Shown: positions 35,746 to 43,826 of the stretch, in pieces
Layout of the letters: every line of letters starts with the position of its first letter
Position numbering within the stretch: the first letter of the stretch is position 1
Source of the DNA: a virus
Lineage: Duplodnaviria > Heunggongvirae > Uroviricota > Caudoviricetes
DNA: 63,714 nt
IMG/VR virus record: IMGVR_UViG_3300038393_002131
Direction: 5' to 3' (one strand)
Translations under genes and position numbers: made by a program
The notes under the pieces: model-generated
What the model was told of the DNA's origin: nothing
Databases searched by the model: none
Seen by the model: the letters and a program-made list of their open reading frames with translations, nothing else

Positions 35746-37965
35746 TCAACGCGCGACCTCGAGATCTGTCACAGCGCCCCGGGCGATGCCCGCGGCGACG
35801 GTCCCGGCGCGGAACGCGTACAGCGACTTGACCTCTGCGACAACGTCGCTCATGGACGTCGTCGCGGAGGCGGCGGTGTCGATCGTGGTGGCGACGTCGA
35901 CGAGGAACTCGCGCATCTGCTCGGCGGCGCCAGCGGCCGCGATGAACGCCGCGGAGTCGCTGCCCGCGTCGGCGAGGAGCGGCTGCACGGTGTTGACCGT
36001 CTCGAGCTCCCACCGGTCGACGTCGACGACCTTGCTGACGTCGATGGCGTCGTCACCGCCGCGGGTGTCCGACGGGCCGTCCGGGGTCCAGAACGGGGTG
36101 CCCTTGCGTGTCCGGGGCGACTCGAGGCGGGCGGTGATGATGCCGACCTGCCGCGACAGGGCGGCCGCCATCGCAGCGGCGACGCTCATCTCGGCGACCT
36201 CGGCCGACTTGCCCTCGGTGCGGGCCCGGCGCAGCGCGTCGGCGCCGTCGCCCTCGGTGTAGCCGCCCATGTCGGCGTCGGCCTCGGCGACGGCTGCGGC
36301 GCCGTCACCGGGGGTGCTGCCCTCACCGGAGCGGACCTCCGCGACAGCGGCCGCGCCGTCACCGGTGTCGCCCTCGACGTCGTCGACTGCGTCGATCTCC
36401 TCCTGCGTGGGCGGACCCCACGCCTCAGCGTCCGCAGCGTCACCCTCCGGGGCGTCGTCGAGCGCAGCCGGGACCTCACCGGCGGCGATCGCGGCCTCGA
36501 GTCGGGCGACCGCGTCAGCGCCGTCACCCTCGGCGCCAGGCTCGGCCGGTGCGCCACCGTCGGGGCCGCCGTCCGGGCCGGCCGGGGGCTCGCCGTCGGG
36601 GCCCGGGGGCATGCCGCCACCGTCGGGGCCAGCCTCGCCGCCCATGCCGAGCCCGAGGGCCTGCTCGTCGCCGGGCTGGCCGGGGATCGGCGCCTTGGAC
36701 GGGTTCGTCCACAGCGCGCGCGTCTGCGGGACGTTGAGCATGGGCAGGTTGGCGAGGTTGCGGTACTCGTCGATCGAGCGGAGGCCCTGGTTGACCTCGG
36801 TGCGGGCCTCCTCGCGGTCGCGGCGCTTCGGCAGCTGCAGGACCTCGATGTGGGAGGTGTCGAGGTAGGGCTCCCAGCCGCCGTACGGCAGGTCCTCCTC
36901 GAACGCCTCGGCGACGAGCTCCATGTAGGTGGGGAGCACCTGCGTCCAGTAGTTGTAGAGCTCGGCGTCGGCATTCTCGAACGAGCGGCCGGACGCGTTG
37001 CCGAGCATCGACTCGCCGATGCCGAACGCGGCGAGGATCTCGACCTTGGCGTTGGTGGAGGCCTCGCCGTAGCTCATGTCGCGGGGCTTGGTGGCCGTGT
37101 CGACGTAGTTGAGCCCGCCGGGGCCGGTGCCGATGACGGTCATGGCGCCGGCGTGATGCGCACCCGGGAGGAACTTCCGCTCGATGCGCTCCATCTCCTG
37201 ATCGGACAGGGAGTCGGTGTCGACGCCGAGGACGCCGGAGGGGCGCGCGTCGCGCTTGATGAACGACGAGTTGTAGATGCGGGTCAGGAAGTCGAGCTCG
37301 ATCGACAGGCCCGCGGCCTCGAGCGGCGTCGTGCCGGAGTAGGCGTCGGTCGGGTGCGGCTGGCGGATCCATCTGATGTGCTGCGGCTGGATCTCGCGGA
37401 CGGTGCCGTCGCGGCGGGTGAACTCGAACCACTTGATGTAGTCGTAGCCGTTGTCGGCCGGGATCGGGCGGGTGCGCTGCGGGTCGAGCAGGTCCAGGCG
37501 CACGATGTTGCCGGCGCGGGACTTGGTCACCTCGACGAACACGCCACGCTTGGAGAGGAGCAGCTGGGCGACGAGCCGCTTCTTGAACAGCTTGGCCTTC
37601 TCGAGCTGGTTGGCCTTGACGTTCAGCACCCGGTACAGCGGGTGGTCCTCGAGCGTCTCCTCCCGCTCGGTGCCGCGGTCACGGCCAGCCTTGAACTTGA
37701 GGCGGGACAGGTCGCCGGAGATGAGCTCGACGCACCGGTAGACCCAGATCGCGCGCTCGTACCCCTCGCTGATGACGGTGTCCATGTCCCACGCGTCGGC
37801 GCGGCCCTCTGTGCCATAGAGGCCGTTGCCGATGCGGGTCGTCGACAGGTACGCCGCGCCAGACACCGGTCCGCCGATGCTCAGCGACTTCTCCTCGACG
37901 CCGTCCGTGACGTCGAGCGCGCCCGTGCTGTAGCCGCCGCGCAGGGCAGGCAGGAACTTCCTCAC
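35746..37965 (-). CDS. HK97-family portal protein with long acidic C-terminal extension
   Basis: WVYRCVELISGDLSRL, HPLYRVLN..N, QLLLSKRGVF, IRQPHPTDAYSGTTPLEAA, ILAAFGIGESMLG, RSIDEYRNLANLP. GTG37965 overlaps upstream stop. Confidence 0.9.
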   Translation of the reverse strand: MRKFLPALRGGYSTGALDVTDGVEEKSLSIGGPVSGAAYLSTTRIGNGLYGTEGRADAWDMDTVISEGYERAIWVYRCVELISGDLSRLKFKAGRDRGTEREETLEDHPLYRVLNVKANQLEKAKLFKKRLVAQLLLSKRGVFVEVTKSRAGNIVRLDLLDPQRTRPIPADNGYDYIKWFEFTRRDGTVREIQPQHIRWIRQPHPTDAYSGTTPLEAAGLSIELDFLTRIYNSSFIKRDARPSGVLGVDTDSLSDQEMERIERKFLPGAHHAGAMTVIGTGPGGLNYVDTATKPRDMSYGEASTNAKVEILAAFGIGESMLGNASGRSFENADAELYNYWTQVLPTYMELVAEAFEEDLPYGGWEPYLDTSHIEVLQLPKRRDREEARTEVNQGLRSIDEYRNLANLPMLNVPQTRALWTNPSKAPIPGQPGDEQALGLGMGGEAGPDGGGMPPGPDGEPPAGPDGGPDGGAPAEPGAEGDGADAVARLEAAIAAGEVPAALDDAPEGDAADAEAWGPPTQEEIDAVDDVEGDTGDGAAAVAEVRSGEGSTPGDGAAAVAEADADMGGYTEGDGADALRRARTEGKSAEVAEMSVAAAMAAALSRQVGIITARLESPRTRKGTPFWTPDGPSDTRGGDDAIDVSKVVDVDRWELETVNTVQPLLADAGSDSAAFIAAAGAAEQMREFLVDVATTIDTAASATTSMSDVVAEVKSLYAFRAGTVAAGIARGAVTDLEVAR

Positions 37966-38174
37966 GACTGCTCCTCCTCGACGGTCAGCAGGTAGCCGCC
38001 GCAGATGAGGCCCGCGCCGAGCAGCGCGCACCCGAGGCGCCAGTCGGTCGCGAACGCAGGCACGATCAGGGCGGCGGCTCCAAGGAGGAGCGCGAGGAGG
38101 CCGAGCAGCTCGCGCAGTTGCGCGGCGCGGGTCGGGGCCTGTTCGGGCTGGGGCTCAGGCGGCATGGTGGTCAC
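37962..38174 (-). CDS. Small two-TM membrane protein upstream of portal
   Basis: LLGLLALLLGAAALIV..LGCALLGAGLICGGYLL. Confidence 0.75.
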   Translation of the reverse strand: MTTMPPEPQPEQAPTRAAQLRELLGLLALLLGAAALIVPAFATDWRLGCALLGAGLICGGYLLTVEEEQS

Positions 38175-38213
38175 GCGGCGGGACCGTAGAGAGGGCGCGG
38201 TGCTTAGGTCGCG
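38175..38213 (-). promoter_or_regulatory. Putative late promoter (portal operon)
   Basis: CGCGACCTAAG-N14-TACGGT-N8-GTG38174. Confidence 0.65.
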
Positions 38214-38216
38214 CCC

Positions 38217-38495
38217 TCACGCACCCACGGGCTGTGGTTCGCGGCCGTATCCGTTGCGGCGGGCGAACTCGGCCGACTGCTCCGGCGTGAACGCGACCAG
38301 TCGCTCGTGGCAGGCCGCGCAGGAGTGCACGGCCGTCGGCTCGACGACGTCGCCGTCGCCGGTGTCGGCCGGCACGTCAAGGTCGCACAGGGTGCGCACC
38401 GGGCGGTTCTCGGCCTTCTTCGCCGCGATGTACTCGTCGACGGGCATCGGCCAGGACGTGATCGGCACGACGATGGAGTGCAGGGTGAGGGTCAT
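38217..38495 (-). CDS. DUF3039-like Zn-binding protein
   Basis: H..V...IAAKKAENRPVRTLC......SCAACHE resembles the DUF3039 pattern. Confidence 0.5.
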   Translation of the reverse strand: MTLTLHSIVVPITSWPMPVDEYIAAKKAENRPVRTLCDLDVPADTGDGDVVEPTAVHSCAACHERLVAFTPEQSAEFARRNGYGREPQPVGA

Positions 38496-38496
38496 C

Positions 38497-38868
38497 TCAG
38501 GCCTCCCCGCGGATGACGGCGTCGATGCCGCGGCGGTTGATCCGCGGCGCGGGCACGGGGATCGTGACGACGCCAGGGGGCAGGTTGTGCACCTTGCGCT
38601 TGGCGCGGACGGACTGGTCGCCGCCGATGAGGTGCTCGTTGTTGATCTTCGCGGCGCACGGCAGGTCGGCGACCTCGTCGAACGCGCGCTTGCAGTGCTC
38701 GCAGTACGTCTCGAGCGCCTCCACACGCTCGGACTCCTTCACGCGGTACATGCCGCGGAAGTCGGCCGCCTTGGCGGTGGCGTGGTCGACGCGGATCATC
38801 GCGGCGATGACCCACTGGTGGGTCAGGTCCTTCGGTGCCTGATTCGGCTCCGACGTTTCGAGGTGCAC
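38497..38868 (-). CDS. Hypothetical phage protein (CxxC)
   Basis: GGGAG SD before GTG38868; YCEHCKR..PCAAKINNEHLIGG. Confidence 0.7.
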   Translation of the reverse strand: MHLETSEPNQAPKDLTHQWVIAAMIRVDHATAKAADFRGMYRVKESERVEALETYCEHCKRAFDEVADLPCAAKINNEHLIGGDQSVRAKRKVHNLPPGVVTIPVPAPRINRRGIDAVIRGEA

Positions 38869-38980
38869 GGGCTCTCCCGGGGGTTGGTGTCTTGTGCCGG
38901 GGACGCTTGCCCGGCTGGGGGAGTGGGACGCCCGTCTGCTACCCCTCGCAACGTGTAACGAATGGGACGCGTGTTGTGTG

Positions 38981-40786
38981 TCACGCACCGGCGATGATCC
39001 CTCTGCGGGGCTTGGTGCGGACCGGCTCCGGCTCGTAGAACGCGAGCAGCAGCGCCTCGGCCCGGTCGGGGGAGGGCCGGCCGCGTTTCTTCATGCTGGC
39101 CTTGGACTCGACGACGATGAGCCCGCCGCTGTTGTTGCCGAAGTTCGGCACGGACAGCTGCGTGGCGGCGTTGCCGCGGTTCTTGTCGGCGGCCGCGTTG
39201 TCGACGATGCGGATGCGGATGCGGCCCTCGCCGGTCTTGGGGTCGGGCTGCAGCAGGAACCGGCCGCCGAGCCACATCTCGTCACGCTTGCGGTTGGGGC
39301 GCATCTCGGCGGACTCGTCGTCCTCCTCGGGCCGCTCGGCCACGTTGACGGCCACGATGACGGCGCCGTGCTTCCCGGCCTTGCCCCACTCCTTGAGCAT
39401 GCCGACGACACCCCAGCCGACACCGATGGTGTCGACCTTGACGCGGACCTGCGACTTGGACCCGATCGCGCGGGCCAGCTTCTCGGCGGCGATGATGTGC
39501 TCGAGCGCCACCGTGGCGACGGCGACGCTGTTGCTGTTGGCGGACCCGGAGGAGACGTGACGCTGCGACACGACGTCGCCGACGGCCCGGTAGATCGCGA
39601 ACTCGTCGCCACCGTCGGCCGCGACGTCGATGCCGAGGCGCACCCACGCGCCCTTCTTGACGGTGAACGTCTCGTCCTCGCCCTCGAGGTCAAGGTCGCA
39701 CGGGCGGACGTAGTCGGGGCCCTCCGGGTCCTCCACCGCGCGGGCCAGGTCGACCCACGTCGAGGGGATGATGCGGGCGCCGGCGTCCTTGGGGAACCGG
39801 GCGTGCACCTTGGCGACGACGTACGGGTGGTCCTCGCCGTAGCCGGCGATGGTGCGGTTGACCCAGTCCTCATCGGGCAGGTGCTTGGACAGCGGGTGCG
39901 GGTCGGCGGCCGCCGGGCACTCCTTGCAGACGCCGGTGACCTCACCGGTGAGCTGCGGCGAGCTCGTCGACGGCATGTGGATGGTGACGGTGCCGGCCGT
40001 CTCCCCGGCGTAGCCCTCCTCGGACAGGCCCTCGAACCACGACCCGGGGTCGTCGGTGGCGGGGTTGCCGATGGCGAGCATGCGGGCGTCACCGGTGAGG
40101 AGGTTGTTGGTGCCCTCACCGACCATCTTGGACATACCACCGGCCTCGTCGACCACGAGGAGCAGCGAGATCGCGTGGATACCCTGCATCGCGGACTCGT
40201 CGTTCTCCGGCGCGGAGAAGCCGTAGGCCACGAGGACGTCGTTGCCGTACTCGTCCGGGGCCTTCCACTGCACGGTGTCGCACGTGCCGGGCAGGTTGCC
40301 CTTCGCGACTGCCTTGCGGATGTGCGGCCACAGCTGGTTGCGGACCTGCCGGTAGCGGGGCGCGGTCGTGACGACGAGCCCGATGCCGATGGGCCGGGTC
40401 GCGATGAACCACGCGGTGAGCCGACCTGCCAGGTGAGTCTTGCCCAGCCCGAACCCGGCCGGGACGGCGACCCGCTTGTTGACGGCGACGGCGTCGAGCA
40501 CCTCACGCTGCTTGGACCAGACCGTCTCGCCGAGGACGTCCTCGACGAACCCGGACGGGGCGTCGTGCCACAGGCCGTAGAGCGCGCCGGTCTCCCGCTT
40601 CGTCTCCTGCAACACGTACTGCATCTCGCGCTGGTCGAGGGTCGCCAGGACCCGCCGACGCGCGGGCACGGGCGCGTCGAGCAGGTTCCTCACGAGCGAC
40701 TTGGCCTCGCCGGACACCACGCCGGGCGCGCTGGTGCGCACTCCGTCATGGGCCGCCGAGACGGTCGCGGCCAGCTGGGGACTCAC
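38981..40786 (-). CDS. terL: Terminase large subunit
   Basis: Walker A AGFGLGKT, Walker B LVVDEAGG, LAIGNP, nuclease LGIDVAADGGD, VDTIGVGWGV, SPDRAEAL. Start uncertain (frame open to 40855). Confidence 0.9.
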   Translation of the reverse strand: MSPQLAATVSAAHDGVRTSAPGVVSGEAKSLVRNLLDAPVPARRRVLATLDQREMQYVLQETKRETGALYGLWHDAPSGFVEDVLGETVWSKQREVLDAVAVNKRVAVPAGFGLGKTHLAGRLTAWFIATRPIGIGLVVTTAPRYRQVRNQLWPHIRKAVAKGNLPGTCDTVQWKAPDEYGNDVLVAYGFSAPENDESAMQGIHAISLLLVVDEAGGMSKMVGEGTNNLLTGDARMLAIGNPATDDPGSWFEGLSEEGYAGETAGTVTIHMPSTSSPQLTGEVTGVCKECPAAADPHPLSKHLPDEDWVNRTIAGYGEDHPYVVAKVHARFPKDAGARIIPSTWVDLARAVEDPEGPDYVRPCDLDLEGEDETFTVKKGAWVRLGIDVAADGGDEFAIYRAVGDVVSQRHVSSGSANSNSVAVATVALEHIIAAEKLARAIGSKSQVRVKVDTIGVGWGVVGMLKEWGKAGKHGAVIVAVNVAERPEEDDESAEMRPNRKRDEMWLGGRFLLQPDPKTGEGRIRIRIVDNAAADKNRGNAATQLSVPNFGNNSGGLIVVESKASMKKRGRPSPDRAEALLLAFYEPEPVRTKPRRGIIAGA

Positions 40787-40793
40787 GGCAGCG

Positions 40794-41144
40794 TCACGCC
40801 CCGTAGCACTTCGGGCACGGCGGGACGCCGACGTCGGTGACGACGGTGAGCTCACCGGTGCGGCCGCACGCGGTCATCTCCTCGCCGGCGCGACGGTGGG
40901 CGAGCAGCGCGCCGTTGACCTGCCACTGCAGCGCCGGGTGTGTGGGGGCCTGCTCGGCGGCGCGCAGGATCGTGTCGACGCGGCCGCGGAGGGAGTCGCC
41001 GATGCGGGCCTCGCGGGCGAGGTCGATGTGCTCGTCGAGGATCCGGTCGAGCGCGGCGTCGAGCCGGGCGTCCCGGGCGGCGACCTGCTCGGGGGTGTCG
41101 GGGGAGGCCAGCATCGTGCGGACCTCGGCGGGGGAGAGGCTCAC
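40794..41144 (-). CDS. Hypothetical protein with C-terminal Cys/His cluster
   Basis: H...TACG...CPKC; GTGA overlap. Confidence 0.65.
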   Translation of the reverse strand: MSLSPAEVRTMLASPDTPEQVAARDARLDAALDRILDEHIDLAREARIGDSLRGRVDTILRAAEQAPTHPALQWQVNGALLAHRRAGEEMTACGRTGELTVVTDVGVPPCPKCYGA

Positions 41145-41458
41145 CGGGCCACCTCCGCGTCGTCGGCGGGGGTGAGGCCCAGCTGCTCGGCCATCTCCTC
41201 GTGGAAGTGACCGGCGAGGACGTCCTCGGCGCGGTCGCGCATCATCTGGTCGTCGATCTCGACGTGCTCGGCGAGGATCGTGATGGTGACGGCGGAAACG
41301 CGGTCGGTGCTCATCGCGACCTGCACGCCGTCGTCGCCGGCGAGGTGCCAAGGGAACTGCTGGCCGTCGACCTGCAGGTCGAACGAGGTGTGGCCGGGCT
41401 TGCGGGTGACCTTGACGGACTTCGCCAGGGTCGGGGTGGGGGTGGGGGTTTCGCTCAT
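41141..41458 (-). CDS. Hypothetical phage protein
   Basis: AGAAGGA SD; MSETPTPTP..LQVDGQQFPWHL..VTITILAEHVE. Confidence 0.7.
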   Translation of the reverse strand: MSETPTPTPTLAKSVKVTRKPGHTSFDLQVDGQQFPWHLAGDDGVQVAMSTDRVSAVTITILAEHVEIDDQMMRDRAEDVLAGHFHEEMAEQLGLTPADDAEVAR

Positions 41459-41575
41459 GGCCGTCCTTCTAGACGACCAACGCACCTACCGTCCTGTCCT
41501 CAGATACGACGGAGCCCCCGGCGGCTGTTGGACCGGGGGCTGTGTCCGCGTCATGGTGGAGGGGAAGCGGGAGGG

Positions 41576-41950
41576 TCAGGCGTTGACGGTGGCCTTCTTG
41601 CGGCCGCGTCGCTTGATGGGTGCGCCGCCATGCTCGTGGTAGGCGGCCTCGGTGGCCTGCGGGATGCGGCCGCGTTCGGGCGCCGGCAAGCCGTTCTCCT
41701 TGGCCCACTCGCGGATCTTCGCCAGCTGCTCGGGGTCGCGGCGGGCCGGCTTGGCGAGGGTGGGTCGGGAGGTCTTGCGCGCCCGGGCGATGTAGAACCC
41801 GAACGTCCGCTCGAGCGCGGCGACGTTGTCGCTGCCGAGGTCGATCTCGTAGTCGACGCCGTCGAGGCCGAACTTCACCGTCCGGCCCGCGTCGTCGAGC
41901 ACCTGTCCGTTCACGTCGTCGACGTATTCGACGATCTTCTTGGTAGCCAT
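41576..41950 (-). CDS. lsr2: Lsr2 nucleoid-associated / xenogeneic silencer protein
   Basis: MATKKIVEYVDD..TVKFGLDGVDYEIDL..N...IREWAKENG...RGRIP; CATGAT-N7-ATG leaderless start. Confidence 0.92.
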   Translation of the reverse strand: MATKKIVEYVDDVNGQVLDDAGRTVKFGLDGVDYEIDLGSDNVAALERTFGFYIARARKTSRPTLAKPARRDPEQLAKIREWAKENGLPAPERGRIPQATEAAYHEHGGAPIKRRGRKKATVNA

Positions 41951-42285
41951 GGCGACCATCATGCCGACGTTGCGCGTCTGTGCGGTTCGGAGGGTGCCGC
42001 GTGTCGCCGATCCGGGGGCCGGAACGCGTCAGGATCGCTCCCACGGCATTCGGGATGCCGCAGGGGAAAGGCACCCGCCTGGGAAGTTGCGTGAGAGCGA
42101 TCCTGCGCGTCCGGGCGGTCCCGCGGAAGGGGACGGGACGGGCCGCCCTGACCGGTTGCTGTCACCGGTCACCCTCCGGTGTCGCGGAGGGTCATGCACG
42201 GGTTCCGGCGACGTGGTCGAGGCTACCTCGGGCGGACGATTCCGGCACATCTACCCACGCCGACCACCCGAGGCCGAATCGCCCC

Positions 42286-42404
42286 ATTGCGGATAACAGA
42301 GTTTTACTCGCAGGACTTGACACTAGCTATTGCGTGTCGCGCGGGGTTTGTCCCCTCGAATCGCTACTTTTGAATTGCGGATAATAAGTTCGCACCGGTT
42401 TATC
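42286..42404. promoter_or_regulatory. Candidate tyrosine-recombinase (dif/res-like) site
   Basis: TGCGGATAA-7 bp-TTACTCGCA imperfect inverted repeat (42288-42312); ATTGCGGATAA repeated at 42286 and 42374; locally AT-rich. Confidence 0.5.
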
Positions 42405-42419
42405 AAACGAGGGGGAGAC

Positions 42420-43310
42420 GTGGGTGCACGACCGGAGCCGGCCGAGCAGGCCGAGTTCTACGCCCGGTGGCTGTGGCGCGGCGGCGTCCTGGCCGACGCA
42501 TCGAAGCGGGCCTACGAGTCGCGGGTGCGCGAGTTCGTCGCATGGGTGACCGGCGAGGGCGAGCAGTACGCCGACGCCTTCACCGACGAGTACGTCCGCG
42601 ACTACGCGGTGCGCGACTACCGCCGGAAGCTGCTCACCGTCGACAAGAAGGCCCCGGCGACGGTGTCGCAGACGATGAGCGCGCTCGGCTCGTTCTACGA
42701 GTGGCTCGAGCTGGGCAAGCCGCAGGGCGTCCGGGTCGACGTGCCGGAGCCCGAGCGGACCGGCCTCACCGAGGAGGACCTGCGCAAGCTGCTCCGGGCG
42801 TGCCAGCGCCGCGGGCTGCGGGACTACGCGATCGCGTCGACGCTGTACTACGCCGGGCCGCGGGTCGGCGAGCTCGTGCCGCTCGACGTCGACGACGTCG
42901 TGATGACGGAGCGCACCGGCCAGCTGCACATCAGGTACGGCAAGGGCGGCCAGTCCCGCAAGGTGCCCATCTCCAAGGACCTGCGCCCGGTCCTGCGGGC
43001 GTGGCTCGCGGAGCGGCGCACGCTGCCCGGCGCGGACGGCCCGGCGCTCTTCCTGGCGCGCACCGGCGACCGGCTCTCGGCCCGGTCCGTCGAGCATGTG
43101 CTGCAGCAGGCCGGGGCCAGCGTCGGGGTGAAGGTGAGCCCGCACGTGCTGCGGCACACCTTCGGTCGGCAGAACGCCGACAACGGCACGGACCTTGAGA
43201 GTCTCCGTCGGCTCTTGGGGCACCGGCGCATCGACACCACGGCTGGCTACACCAAGCCGCGCTGGGAGAACCTTGAGGACGCCGTCGACCGGATCGGGGT
43301 GGAGATCTGA
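42420..43310 (+). CDS. XerC/D-like tyrosine recombinase (296 aa, no arm-binding domain)
   Basis: R (GPRVGEL), K (GKGGQSR), HVLRH, LGH and Y (TAGYT) all present. Confidence 0.92.
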   Translation: MGARPEPAEQAEFYARWLWRGGVLADASKRAYESRVREFVAWVTGEGEQYADAFTDEYVRDYAVRDYRRKLLTVDKKAPATVSQTMSALGSFYEWLELGKPQGVRVDVPEPERTGLTEEDLRKLLRACQRRGLRDYAIASTLYYAGPRVGELVPLDVDDVVMTERTGQLHIRYGKGGQSRKVPISKDLRPVLRAWLAERRTLPGADGPALFLARTGDRLSARSVEHVLQQAGASVGVKVSPHVLRHTFGRQNADNGTDLESLRRLLGHRRIDTTAGYTKPRWENLEDAVDRIGVEI

Positions 43311-43549
43311 TGGGCAAGAGGAGCAGTCGCTACGACGCGGTGCCGGCGGTGTCGCAGATGGGGCAGGCCCGGGCCGCGGCCTCGTCCCGGCGCAAGCCGA
43401 CAGCGGCCGAGCGTGACGCCGCCTACCGGAAGGCCCTCGGGCTCGACCTCGGCCAGGAGCTGCCCGGCCAGATCGGCACGCAGTCGAGCGCGGGCGGCTC
43501 CCGCGGCGGCCGCGGCCGCGCGCAGAAGGGCAAGGGGAGGAACTCCTGA
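43310..43549 (+). CDS. Small basic hypothetical protein
   Basis: TGATG overlap with the recombinase; Arg/Gly-rich tail. Confidence 0.55.
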   Translation: MGKRSSRYDAVPAVSQMGQARAAASSRRKPTAAERDAAYRKALGLDLGQELPGQIGTQSSAGGSRGGRGRAQKGKGRNS

Positions 43550-43755
43550 TGAGGCTCACGACGACGTTCCTGACCGTGTTCGGTGGGGCCTGCTTCGGCA
43601 TCTTCGTCGTGCTGTGGGCCAAGGCCACCTGGCGCGCCCTGATGGGCCCGGCCGCGCCGGCGCCCGTCCCGCCGTCCGGCCCTGACCCGCTCGTCGACGA
43701 GCACGTCGCGTTCCCCGACGAGCCGAGACGACCCCAGCTGCACATCGTGCGCTGA
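43549..43755 (+). CDS. Small single-TM protein
   Basis: Hydrophobic N-terminus; TGATG overlap; GGGAGG SD. Confidence 0.6.
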   Translation: MRLTTTFLTVFGGACFGIFVVLWAKATWRALMGPAAPAPVPPSGPDPLVDEHVAFPDEPRRPQLHIVR

Positions 43756-43774
43756 ACGGCCATAGGCAAGGTTG

Positions 43775-43806
43775 CGGCCCCATCCCTTACTACAGGGATG
43801 GGGCCG
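43775..43806. terminator. Bidirectional hairpin between convergent genes
   Basis: CGGCCCCATCCCT-tactac-AGGGATGGGGCCG, perfect 13-bp stem. Confidence 0.75.
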
Positions 43807-43826
43807 TCGCCGTTTGCGCTGGACCG

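Noticed and set aside
17884-37995. 6703-aa plus-strand ORF
   Set aside because: Antisense shadow of the megaprotein and portal: exact codon-register complement of GC3-rich genes, V/G/L/R-rich, no motifs, no RBS.
17905-40786. Intein or self-splicing intron in the terminase or helicases
   Set aside because: No C/S...HN-C/S/T splice junctions or LAGLIDADG motifs seen; the helicase and terminase motifs are normally spaced.
38894-40840. 648-aa plus-strand ORF opposite the terminase, and 44679-46730 opposite the tail fibre
   Set aside because: Antisense shadows with no domains.
42317-42345. TTGACA as -35 for the recombinase
   Set aside because: No NANNNT hexamer at 16-18 bp spacing.
42420-43310. 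Integron integrase / attC cassette array
   Set aside because: No IntI-specific insertion recognised and no attC-like repeats around the downstream small genes.
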